Positions 56,617-64,000 of a stretch of DNA of 64,000 bases are shown here, one piece after another. A program made the position numbers and the translations under genes. The stretch covers positions 934 through 64,933 of the forward strand of contig CAZAOU010000002.1 of assembly GCA_964487135.1 (NCBI GenBank), in the 5' to 3' direction. The stretch's first letter is position 1; every line of letters starts with the position of its first letter. The DNA is from an uncultured Candidatus Saccharibacteria bacterium. GTDB taxonomy: Bacteria; Patescibacteriota; Minisyncoccia; Phycocordibacterales; CAIRYW01. The notes below the pieces were generated by a model. The model searched no databases. It was given only the letters and a program-made list of their open reading frames with translations, and had not been told where the DNA came from.

Positions 56617-56684
56617 AATATACTCTTTTCTCTCAAAGAACTTGAGAAGTTATACAACTTTTTATAGAAAAGTCAATTGTTATG

Positions 56685-57305
56685 CTAGTTTTCTATTTTT
56701 TCTGGAAGAAGCTCATCTATTGGTCCTGGAAGAATATAGAGAATTGGAGTAATTACAAAAAGGAAAAAACTTACTATTGGACTAAAAAACGCTAGAGCTA
56801 TTGAGATTACATATAAAGATGGGGCTACAAAAAGAGCTCTCGTTGATTTTTTTATAAATTGCTCTTCAAGACCTGATTTTATAAATTTTTTGTGCACCGC
56901 GTATTTCCAGACAAATAGATAAAATATACTGCAAACAAATAGTGTTAATCCATAAACAACAGAACCAGAAAGTGTCCAAGGGTAAGTTCCAATAAGATTA
57001 GCAGAAAAAGGAATAAAACAGATAAATAACAACAAAAGATTATTGAGACACATCAATCTAATATTTACTAATTCAATATAATGAAACATTACCCTATGCC
57101 CTATCCAAAAAACTCCGATTACAAAAAATGTTGAAGCGTAGACAATTATTTTTGGCCAGAGATTCATAAGCTCTTGAATGAGGCCCCCTTCACTAAAAGA
57201 AGACATAATTGGCACGGAAACATTTAAAACTAAAAGAGTAAGAGCGACAGCAAAAACACTGTCGCTTAGACTTATAATCCTATCTGCTGATATTCCTAAT
57301 TTCAT
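56685..57305 (-). CDS. DUF1211/TMEM175-family membrane protein (putative K+ channel)
   Basis: 'RIISLSDSVFAVALTLLVLNV' matches the TMEM175 signature helix 'R(L/I)xxFSDGVFAIAITLLVL'. Confidence 0.7.
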   Translation of the reverse strand: MKLGISADRIISLSDSVFAVALTLLVLNVSVPIMSSFSEGGLIQELMNLWPKIIVYASTFFVIGVFWIGHRVMFHYIELVNIRLMCLNNLLLLFICFIPFSANLIGTYPWTLSGSVVYGLTLFVCSIFYLFVWKYAVHKKFIKSGLEEQFIKKSTRALFVAPSLYVISIALAFFSPIVSFFLFVITPILYILPGPIDELLPEKIEN

Positions 57306-57359
57306 GAAAATATTATAACAAAATATAAACTTGTATTTAAGTTCTGATATAATTTCAAA

Positions 57360-57923
57360 ATGACAGAAATATTTGTAATAGTCGCCTCCTTGTTCGCCGT
57401 CGTTGGCAATGTTCCGTATCTCAAAGATATATTAAAGGAAAAAGTAAAACCTCATCCATACACTTGGTTTGTGTGGTCGCTAGTCTCTGGAATAAATCTT
57501 TTTGGACAAGTGGCAAAAGGAGCTGGAATTGGAGCAATACCAACCGCAGCATCAGAAATATTTACAGTCATCATTTTTTTCTTCTCACTTAAATATGGTT
57601 TTAAAAATATTCAAAAAAGAGACACTTATTTTTTAATTATTGCACTTTTAGGAATAATTCCTTGGATAATAACAAAAGATCCAACCATTTCCGTAATTAT
57701 TGTTGTGATAATAGATTTAATAGCATTTATACCAACACTTCAAAAGACATGGGCACACCCCGAAACAGAAAATTCTATTTTATATAAAATGAATGTATTA
57801 CGACATGGCTTAACGCTGCTTTCTTTGCAAAGTTATAACATCGCCACAACCCTACACTCAATTTCGATGATAATAACTAACACTTTGATGACAGTGTTTT
57901 TGTCAAAAAATAGAAAAAAATAA
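57360..57923 (+). CDS. hypothetical integral membrane protein
   Basis: 187 aa, ~6 hydrophobic helices. Confidence 0.45.
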   Translation: MTEIFVIVASLFAVVGNVPYLKDILKEKVKPHPYTWFVWSLVSGINLFGQVAKGAGIGAIPTAASEIFTVIIFFFSLKYGFKNIQKRDTYFLIIALLGIIPWIITKDPTISVIIVVIIDLIAFIPTLQKTWAHPETENSILYKMNVLRHGLTLLSLQSYNIATTLHSISMIITNTLMTVFLSKNRKK

Positions 57924-57996
57924 ATTTATATAGTGTTAGAATATTAGAAATACCTCCCAAACATCAACTCAACCTTCAAATTCAAAACTAATCGTC

Positions 57997-58560
57997 ATGT
58001 TCTTTGTAACAGTGTTTGCGTTCGTCATGTTTTGCCCCTTCTACTCATCTGTTTTTGAGTGGATACTTCATCGCTACGTTATGCACCGACCTGTCGGTAA
58101 ATTTCGATACGCCTACGAAGCTCACGCTCTAACCCACCACCGTATTTTCGGGTCAACAAAAACATACCACCTCCAAAACCCTAAGGACAAGGAAACAATT
58201 CCCATGGCGTGGTGGAATGGACCCCTGTTAATAATCATTGCATCACTGCCAGCAGTTCCGATTTGCTGGCTCATTGATGTGTGGTGGCCATTATGGGTGC
58301 TGGCATTTGAATTTACTCTATACTACGGAGCATACGAGTGTCTTCACTGGTATATGCATCTCCCGAAGGCTCGGCGGATTGAGTTTTGGGGAATATTCAA
58401 GTGACTAAACGGACATCACCTGCTACACCACAGGTATCCGGGCAAAAACTTCAATGTAGTATTTCCATTTGCCGACTGGCTTTTTGGAACACTACTCAGG
58501 AAATCACTGGCAAGTTTTGACCAGCCCCGAGGAATTGGAGTCCCTGACGTGCAACCGTAG
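57997..58560 (+). pseudogene. fatty acid hydroxylase / sterol desaturase-family gene interrupted by an in-frame TGA (58402-58404)
   Basis: His boxes 'HRYVMHRP' and 'HALTHHRIF' lie before the stop; after it the same frame continues 'LNGHHLLHHRYPGKNFNVVFPFADWLFGTLL'. That segment holds the third His box and the WxRLFGT-like motif. GC-rich. Confidence 0.6.
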
Positions 58561-58621
58561 ACAGCTTTCAAGTCTCGCTCTAAGCCACACAGCAAAGAGC
58601 GAATTTTTTATAATTACAAAC

Positions 58622-58656
58622 AAAAGCCGGGCACCCTAGGGCGCCCGGCTTTTGTT
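58622..58656. terminator. intrinsic terminator (gccgggcaccctagggcgcccggc)
   Basis: GC-rich hairpin with A-run 5' and T-run 3'. Confidence 0.6.
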
Positions 58657-58676
58657 ATTAAATTATTTTGCCTTCC

Positions 58677-58829
58677 CAAGAATGCAGTACATTCCTGTTC
58701 CGCAATCAGGACACTTTCCTTTCATTGCTTTTCTTCCGTTCTTCATTTCAACCTCCTTCGCCTCAGCCATTTCCTTTTTTGCTTTGCACTTAACGCAATA
58801 TGCTGTTGTTGCCATATGTTTTAGTTAAC
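58677..58829 (-). CDS. small zinc-ribbon protein (50 aa; CxxC...CPxCG)
   Basis: Reverse-strand ORF 'MATTAYCVKCKAKKEMAEAKEVEMKNGRKAMKGKCPDCGTGMYCILGKAK'; missed by the ORF track (<60 aa). Confidence 0.5.
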
Positions 58830-58909
58830 TAATAGTCTTACTGTGTATTCTACCATAAAAAGGAAGTCATGCCAACTCCTAGTGTTGAAAATACCTTAGA
58901 ATCCTTTAT

Positions 58910-59815
58910 TTGACATGGTATTATAGAATCCTTATGGTAAAAATTTCAGAGATCTTTAACTATAAAAATCGTCTCACTATGATGCTTTTTTTTCTTATAA
59001 TCGGCATTGCATACGGTCATGTACAAAAACAAAATCTTGAAAAAGATTTAATGAAAGCATCTGACGAGATATCAAAGCAAAGCGAAGAACATCTTGGAGC
59101 AGAACTACGATTTATGAACCAGCAGAGAGAGTTACAAGGAAAATTATCTGAGGAAAAAAACCGTAACGATTCTTTTGAAGACCAAATAGGCCAAATATCA
59201 TCAACCGTTGGAACTCTTACCAAATTAAAAGAAACAGATAAAGAACTACTTCAAAAATATTCGAAAGTTTATTTTTTAAATGAACACTACATCCCTAAAG
59301 AATTATCAACAATACCCTCTCAATACACTCTATACCCCAATAATGAATACAAAATTCATTCAAAGGTTTTACCTTTTCTAACAAGACTGTTAGATGATGC
59401 AAAAAAAGAAGGAATAACAATAGAAATAAATTCAGCATATAGATCTTTTTATGAGCAAGCATCAATAAAATCAAGCAACAGGGTGGTTTATGGCTCAGGA
59501 TCTAACAAATTTTCTGCAGATCAAGGATATTCTGAACACCAACTAGGAACAACGGTGGATTTTTCTTTTAATAAAAAAAGTGGAGTGGGTTCTGGTTTTG
59601 AAAAATCACTGGCATACAAATGGCTAACTGATAATGCTTACAAATATGGTTTTGTATTATCATATCCGGAAAAAAATCAGTATTATGTTTTTGAACCTTG
59701 GCACTGGAGATTTGTTGGATCAAGACTTGCCGAAAGAATACATGAAGACAAAAAATATTTTTACGATCTTGATCAAAGAAATATTGATGAATATTTGGTA
59801 AATATTTTTGATTGA
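58910..59815 (+). CDS. D-alanyl-D-alanine carboxypeptidase, peptidase M15B (VanY-like)
   Basis: 'SAYRSFYEQ', 'SEHQLGTTVDF', 'EPWHWRFVG' M15 zinc-binding motifs; N-terminal TM. Confidence 0.8.
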   Translation: MTWYYRILMVKISEIFNYKNRLTMMLFFLIIGIAYGHVQKQNLEKDLMKASDEISKQSEEHLGAELRFMNQQRELQGKLSEEKNRNDSFEDQIGQISSTVGTLTKLKETDKELLQKYSKVYFLNEHYIPKELSTIPSQYTLYPNNEYKIHSKVLPFLTRLLDDAKKEGITIEINSAYRSFYEQASIKSSNRVVYGSGSNKFSADQGYSEHQLGTTVDFSFNKKSGVGSGFEKSLAYKWLTDNAYKYGFVLSYPEKNQYYVFEPWHWRFVGSRLAERIHEDKKYFYDLDQRNIDEYLVNIFD

Positions 59816-60461
59816 GATGAAAATAAAAGAAATTATAAAAAAAATTTCACCAAAAGATTTATCGATTTTAAAGAAACTAAATAGTCCAATAAAAATTCAA
59901 AATTTTTTGGATAAAATGCCTATTAACCATGAAAAAAATGGTGAAACTTACATGTCGGCACTTTCTTCTTTAAAATTTAACAAAGCCCACTGCTTAGAAG
60001 GCGCTCTAATTGCCGCTCTAGCCCTATTTATTCATAAAAAAGAACCACTGATTTTAGATCTAAAGACCAAAAAACCAGATATTGATCACGTGGTTGCTGT
60101 ATATAAAATTAATGGATATTTTGGAGCCATAAGTAAGACAAATCATGCAACCCTTAGATTTAGAGACCCTATATATAAAACAATTCGAGAACTTGCTCTA
60201 TCATATTTTCATGAATATTTTTTAAATAAAAATGGAGAAAAAACTTTAATAAGTTATTCAAAACCATATAATTTAAAAAAATATGGTGAGAAATGGATAT
60301 TTAGTAAAGATAATCTATGGGATTTGCCAGATATATTAGATCAACTTCCCCATCAATCTATAATCCCCAACAAAAATAAAAAATATATTAGAAAGGCTGA
60401 TGCAATGGAAAGACAGGCAGGAGAAATTATTGAATGGAAAATAAATAACCCTAAGACTTAG
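59808..60461 (+). CDS. hypothetical protein with possible Cys/His catalytic pair
   Basis: 217 aa; 'KAHCLEGALIAALAL' ... 'DHVVAVYKINGYFGAISKTNH'; no confident family. Confidence 0.4.
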   Translation: MIEMKIKEIIKKISPKDLSILKKLNSPIKIQNFLDKMPINHEKNGETYMSALSSLKFNKAHCLEGALIAALALFIHKKEPLILDLKTKKPDIDHVVAVYKINGYFGAISKTNHATLRFRDPIYKTIRELALSYFHEYFLNKNGEKTLISYSKPYNLKKYGEKWIFSKDNLWDLPDILDQLPHQSIIPNKNKKYIRKADAMERQAGEIIEWKINNPKT

Positions 60462-61683
60462 AAACTTCTTTTTGTATCAAAAAGTGTGCAATAACAAGTG
60501 TGAGTGCTGATAAAATAAGTGGGGCGGTTGCAGAAAAAAATATAGCTGAAACACCAGCAATAAGTGGAGGGAAAATCTCCCCTATAGCTTGCATACTAGC
60601 GTTTATTCCCATCACCTCTCCACGATTTTGACTGTTTGTTTTTGACGACAAAAAACTCATAAAATAAGAGAGGGTGAAACCCACCCAAATAGCGGCAAAA
60701 GGAGGAACAAGATACAAGAAGAAAATAGATTTTGGTAATAAATACAAAAGAACCGATAATGCAGTCATAAGAAAAGAGATAGCCAAAACATTTCCGTCAG
60801 AAAACTTACGAGAAACAGTAGGAATTAGAAAGATCTGAACAATAGCAATCCATAGTCCACTATAAGCAAAAAATATACCTATATTTCTTGGCGAAAAATT
60901 AAATATTTCTTTTAAATAAATAGCAAAAAAAGAAGAGTAAAAGCCGAAACCAACAGTAAAAACAAATGATACTAAAAATAACCTTCTTAAATCAGTATCT
61001 TTAAAAGCTTTAGCGATATGAGAACAAGAAGATAGGATTGAAAATGATTTTTCCGTTTTTAAATTATTAACTGTCTCCGGAAGAAAAAACCAAACGAGAA
61101 TAAATGATACAACCGAAAGAACTGCAGCAAACAAAAAAGGGATTGTGGGAGAAAACCAAGAGACCAAAGAGCTATCAGAAAGAACACCTCCAACAAAAGG
61201 CCCAAAAATAAAACCTAAGCCAAAAGCGGCTCCTATAATTCCAAAATTTTTTGAACTATCTTTAGGAGAAGAAATATCTGAAATAACGGCTTGAGCTGTA
61301 GAAATATTACCCCCTGTTATACCATCAATTAATCGGGCAATAAATAAAATTTCTAAAGACTGCAATAAAATTCCATAAGAAAATAAAAAATATCCAGATG
61401 CAGTACCTATAAGAGAAATTGCTAGAATTTTTTTTCTTCCAAATAAGTCGGACAAATCACCAAGAAATGGTGCCCCGAAAAAACGTCCAAGAGAATATAT
61501 TGCAATTAAAGCACCATAGAATAAATACTCAATTTTTTGATCAAATACATTTCCAAATAACAATAAGGGCTTAGCGGTAGTTTCAAATAATTCTGGGAGT
61601 ATAGGGATAATAATTCCTACACCAAGCAAATCCAAAAATACAACCAAAAAAATTATATTGAGAATCTTTTTGGATTGGGACAT
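60451..61683 (-). CDS. MFS transporter
   Basis: 12 TM; MFS motif A 'GDLSDLFGRKKIL'. Confidence 0.8.
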   Translation of the reverse strand: MSQSKKILNIIFLVVFLDLLGVGIIIPILPELFETTAKPLLLFGNVFDQKIEYLFYGALIAIYSLGRFFGAPFLGDLSDLFGRKKILAISLIGTASGYFLFSYGILLQSLEILFIARLIDGITGGNISTAQAVISDISSPKDSSKNFGIIGAAFGLGFIFGPFVGGVLSDSSLVSWFSPTIPFLFAAVLSVVSFILVWFFLPETVNNLKTEKSFSILSSCSHIAKAFKDTDLRRLFLVSFVFTVGFGFYSSFFAIYLKEIFNFSPRNIGIFFAYSGLWIAIVQIFLIPTVSRKFSDGNVLAISFLMTALSVLLYLLPKSIFFLYLVPPFAAIWVGFTLSYFMSFLSSKTNSQNRGEVMGINASMQAIGEIFPPLIAGVSAIFFSATAPLILSALTLVIAHFLIQKEVSKS

Positions 61684-61696
61684 CGTAAACTAATAA

Positions 61697-63370
61697 TTAT
61701 TGTCCCCAATAACACGCACCACCCTGAGCATTACATGAACTTATCGTACTGAAAGACGAACAATTTATACTTGAAGGACCGCACGAACCGGATTGAGGAA
61801 TATAAGTATAGCTACAACCATATCCACTACTGCTGTACTGTTGACAAGTAGATGAATCTAAACCTGAACAACTTCCGGAAGCATAAACGGGGTGTTCTCC
61901 ATTACAAGCATTTGAAGCACTATCAAACGAACAACCTTGTAAGCTATTACAATAATCCACCTTCTGCTGATAATCTTCATCCTCTGGATTACCGCCGTAA
62001 TAGATATTGCAACTTTGATTGCCTGTATAATAACTATAATCACCTGTGCAAGAATAACCCTCCGCCGTGCCGTTCCAAATACACAGGCCACCAGTTGCAT
62101 TACAATTAGAACTTGAATTTATATACTGGCAACTTGCACTATCATAATTGTGACAACTTCCTCCTCCCGGCTCACAAATATCTCCCACACCATTATTATC
62201 GTAGTCATCCTGCCCTGGATTATAATTTGTCGGACAATTGTCTAAACTATAAGCAATTCCATCGTAGTCAGGATCATAACAAGCATCCCCAGCTCCTCCA
62301 GCTGAACCTTGCGCTGACTGACTAGGGTTATAAACATTTGGACAATTATCACTTGAATTAGGAATTCCATCGGCATCAGAGTCAGCATCAGGATCACACA
62401 CATCTCCTATACCATCATTGTCAGAATCAGCCTGGTTTGCGTTAGAAGTGCTTGGACAATTATCTTGAGAATTAACAATTCCATCACTATCACTATCTAT
62501 ATTATCTTGATCACACACATTTCCTATTCCATCATTGTCAGAATCAGCTTGATTAGCGTTAGAAACTGATGGACAGTTGTCTGTTTCATTAGGTATTCCA
62601 TCGCCATCTGAATCGGCGGCTGTCTCACACACATCTCCTATTCCATCATTATCAGAATCAGCTTGGTTTGCATTAGAAACTGACGGACAGTTGTCTGTTG
62701 AATCTGGCACGCCATCACCATCTGTATCTACTGGATTATTACATGTGTCTGTGGAATCTGTCGGACAAGAATCGCAAGAGTCTCCTCTACCATCATTATC
62801 TGTGTCTGTTTGAAGAGCATTTGAAACAGATGGGCAATTATCTGCATTATCTTTTACTCCATCATCATCTAGATCGTCATCCGTTGTGGTTTGAGTGGTT
62901 GTAGCAAAATATGTTGAATATCTAATTGATACAGTATTTTCAGGACATAAATTTAAACTACCACTTTGAATATACTGACTTGAAGAACAAGAGTTATAAA
63001 CAATTCCCTGCTGTTCACCATTTTCGTCGGTAATAATAGGAAATTCCAAAGACTGTTCCCCAAATGGAGCAAAACTCGAATTTATACGCGTTGTAACAAC
63101 CTGACCATTTACCATACAATCATCGGCAGTAATACAACAATATGAAGAACCCTCATCACAACTTGGATATCCTCCATTGTCTTGATTATATTCTTCAAGA
63201 GCCAATTGAACTTGGTGAGCTTGAACAACTGTTTTTGCGTCATTTGCTTTCTTCTTACTCGTTGCAACAGAAGCTGATACCACACTTGAAAGAAGTGAAA
63301 TTATAGAAATTACCATCATTAACTCTATGAGGGTAAAACCTTTTTTAAAAAACTCTTTTTTAAAATACAT
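61697..63370 (-). CDS. large type IV pilin-like protein with thrombospondin type-3 Ca-binding repeats and a Cys-rich C-terminal domain (putative pilus adhesin)
   Basis: N-terminal 'KKGFTLIELMMVISIISLLSSVV' prepilin motif. About six repeats of 'D-DGxGDxCD…DxDGDGxPDxxDNCPxVSNANQADSDNDGIGDVCD'. C-terminus has >25 Cys. Confidence 0.7.
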   Translation of the reverse strand: MYFKKEFFKKGFTLIELMMVISIISLLSSVVSASVATSKKKANDAKTVVQAHQVQLALEEYNQDNGGYPSCDEGSSYCCITADDCMVNGQVVTTRINSSFAPFGEQSLEFPIITDENGEQQGIVYNSCSSSQYIQSGSLNLCPENTVSIRYSTYFATTTQTTTDDDLDDDGVKDNADNCPSVSNALQTDTDNDGRGDSCDSCPTDSTDTCNNPVDTDGDGVPDSTDNCPSVSNANQADSDNDGIGDVCETAADSDGDGIPNETDNCPSVSNANQADSDNDGIGNVCDQDNIDSDSDGIVNSQDNCPSTSNANQADSDNDGIGDVCDPDADSDADGIPNSSDNCPNVYNPSQSAQGSAGGAGDACYDPDYDGIAYSLDNCPTNYNPGQDDYDNNGVGDICEPGGGSCHNYDSASCQYINSSSNCNATGGLCIWNGTAEGYSCTGDYSYYTGNQSCNIYYGGNPEDEDYQQKVDYCNSLQGCSFDSASNACNGEHPVYASGSCSGLDSSTCQQYSSSGYGCSYTYIPQSGSCGPSSINCSSFSTISSCNAQGGACYWGQ

Positions 63371-63391
63371 AATTATTTAAATTATAAAAAA

Positions 63392-63817
63392 TTAATTTAA
63401 AATTTTTGAAACAAGAAAAGATACGAATCCACATAAAACACCTCCCCAAAGCATATCAACGATAGCCACCTTAACTGGCCACAAACTTAAAGTACTCATA
63501 TTGGTCATGTCGTATATTCCATAAGAAATAATACCGAAAATTGCACCGAATACTAATGCTTGAATAGGACTACCTCCCGAACGAGGTATCACAAATAATA
63601 TAATTCCTAGCACCAAAAAAACATAAGCAATAAGACCTGGTAGTATAAGAGGGTTCATGGTGCCATTAGCACCAATTCTAAGTAAAGGTCTTAAGTTTGA
63701 TATATAAAAATTAGAAGCCAATACTTGTAGCCACACATAATCAATTGCCAATATAGCAATCATACTAACTAAGAATTGTTTTATAAAATAAATCATAGTA
63801 TATGTGCCATGTACCAA
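63392..63817 (-). CDS. hypothetical membrane protein (DUF2177-like)
   Basis: 141 aa, 4 TM helices. Confidence 0.4.
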   Translation of the reverse strand: MVHGTYTMIYFIKQFLVSMIAILAIDYVWLQVLASNFYISNLRPLLRIGANGTMNPLILPGLIAYVFLVLGIILFVIPRSGGSPIQALVFGAIFGIISYGIYDMTNMSTLSLWPVKVAIVDMLWGGVLCGFVSFLVSKILN

Positions 63818-63835
63818 TATGATATATTGTACACT

Positions 63836-64000
63836 ATGAAAGAAATAATAAAAGGAAGATTTAAAAGTTTTAAATACGCATTAAACGGTATTAAAACTGT
63901 TTTGAAAGAAGAAAAAAATTTTCAAATTGAAATCGTTTTTGCAGTTTTGGTTATTTTTTTAGGATTATTTCTTAAAGTTACATCAATAGAATTTAGCCTG
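63836..64000 (+). CDS. partial (5' end) diacylglycerol kinase / DgkA-family protein
   Basis: 'RFKSFKYALNGIKTVLKEEKNFQIEIVFAVLVIF' parallels the DgkA N-terminus 'xxKAxGYSWxGLRAAWxxEAAFRQE'; runs off the window end. Confidence 0.4.
   Translation, partial: MKEIIKGRFKSFKYALNGIKTVLKEEKNFQIEIVFAVLVIFLGLFLKVTSIEFSL

Noticed and set aside
61852-62904. Several 68-85-aa ORFs (both strands) inside the pilin repeat region
   Set aside because: Artefacts of the repetitive Asp/Asn/Gly codon pattern on alternate frames of the large pilin-TSP3 gene.
1-64000. CRISPR arrays, rRNA operons, intact transposases/integrases
   Set aside because: No regularly spaced short direct repeats with unique spacers were seen. 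No rRNA-like conserved stretches were found. No DDE transposase or tyrosine/serine recombinase motif was found in any ORF.
1-64000. Genome-wide TGA recoding (code 25, as in some CPR lineages)
   Set aside because: Housekeeping genes give full-length standard-code ORFs that terminate in TAA, TAG or TGA at the expected lengths. Only the GC-rich hydroxylase gene has an internal TGA, so it is treated as a local pseudogene or error.

Overview
This window looks like a low-GC (~30%), gene-dense bacterial chromosome segment with short intergenic spacers and many small housekeeping genes. That style is typical of reduced genomes such as Candidate Phyla Radiation/Patescibacteria; the taxon is inference only.

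Most of the window is core machinery:
- Six aminoacyl-tRNA synthetases: trpS, aspS/asnS, gltX, cysS, lysS, proS.
- A split dcw cell-wall cluster: mraZ-rsmH-ftsL-ftsI-murF on the − strand and mraY-ftsW-murG on the + strand, plus murA.
- A rod-shape module: mreB-mreC-(mreD-like)-PBP2, with a second mreB paralog elsewhere.
- Replication and repair genes: dnaB, recR, a priA-like gene, a holB-like gene, rmuC, and a DEDDh exonuclease.
- Ribosomal proteins L27, L9 and L21, plus frr, hpf, greA, scpA/scpB, def-fmt, ctpA, rseP, PLD/cardiolipin synthase, M23 and M15 peptidases, and a glutaredoxin.
- Two tRNAs, read by hand: tRNA-Glu(CTC) and tRNA-Asn(GTT).

No CRISPR array, rRNA, or intact transposase/integrase was seen.

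The accessory and unusual content is more interesting:
- Several GC-rich (~45-55%) patches sit in the AT-rich background at about 179-769, 6530-6785, 14560-14740, 15531-15908, 24642-24995, 30500-31230, 51740-52040, 55150-56620 and 57997-58620. They are candidate horizontally acquired or structured-RNA loci. One of them is an island next to tRNA-Asn with a wHTH protein, a gene fragment and a perfect 44-bp palindrome.
- A 557-aa protein carries a type IV pilin N-terminus followed by about six thrombospondin type-3 Ca-binding repeats and a Cys-rich C-terminus.
- A eukaryote-like PRMT-type methyltransferase lies next to an orphan histidine kinase.
- The PriA homolog keeps its zinc-finger module but has lost the Walker A/B motifs.
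- The CorA homolog has TMR in place of the GMN signature.
- A fatty-acid-hydroxylase gene is split by an in-frame TGA.
- A DnaA-box-like motif CTATCCACT recurs upstream of dnaB, upstream of tRNA-Glu, and across the start of holB.
- Helically phased GTGG repeats upstream of mraZ look like an MraZ operator.
- A 16-bp direct repeat flanks a HAD-hydrolase gene.
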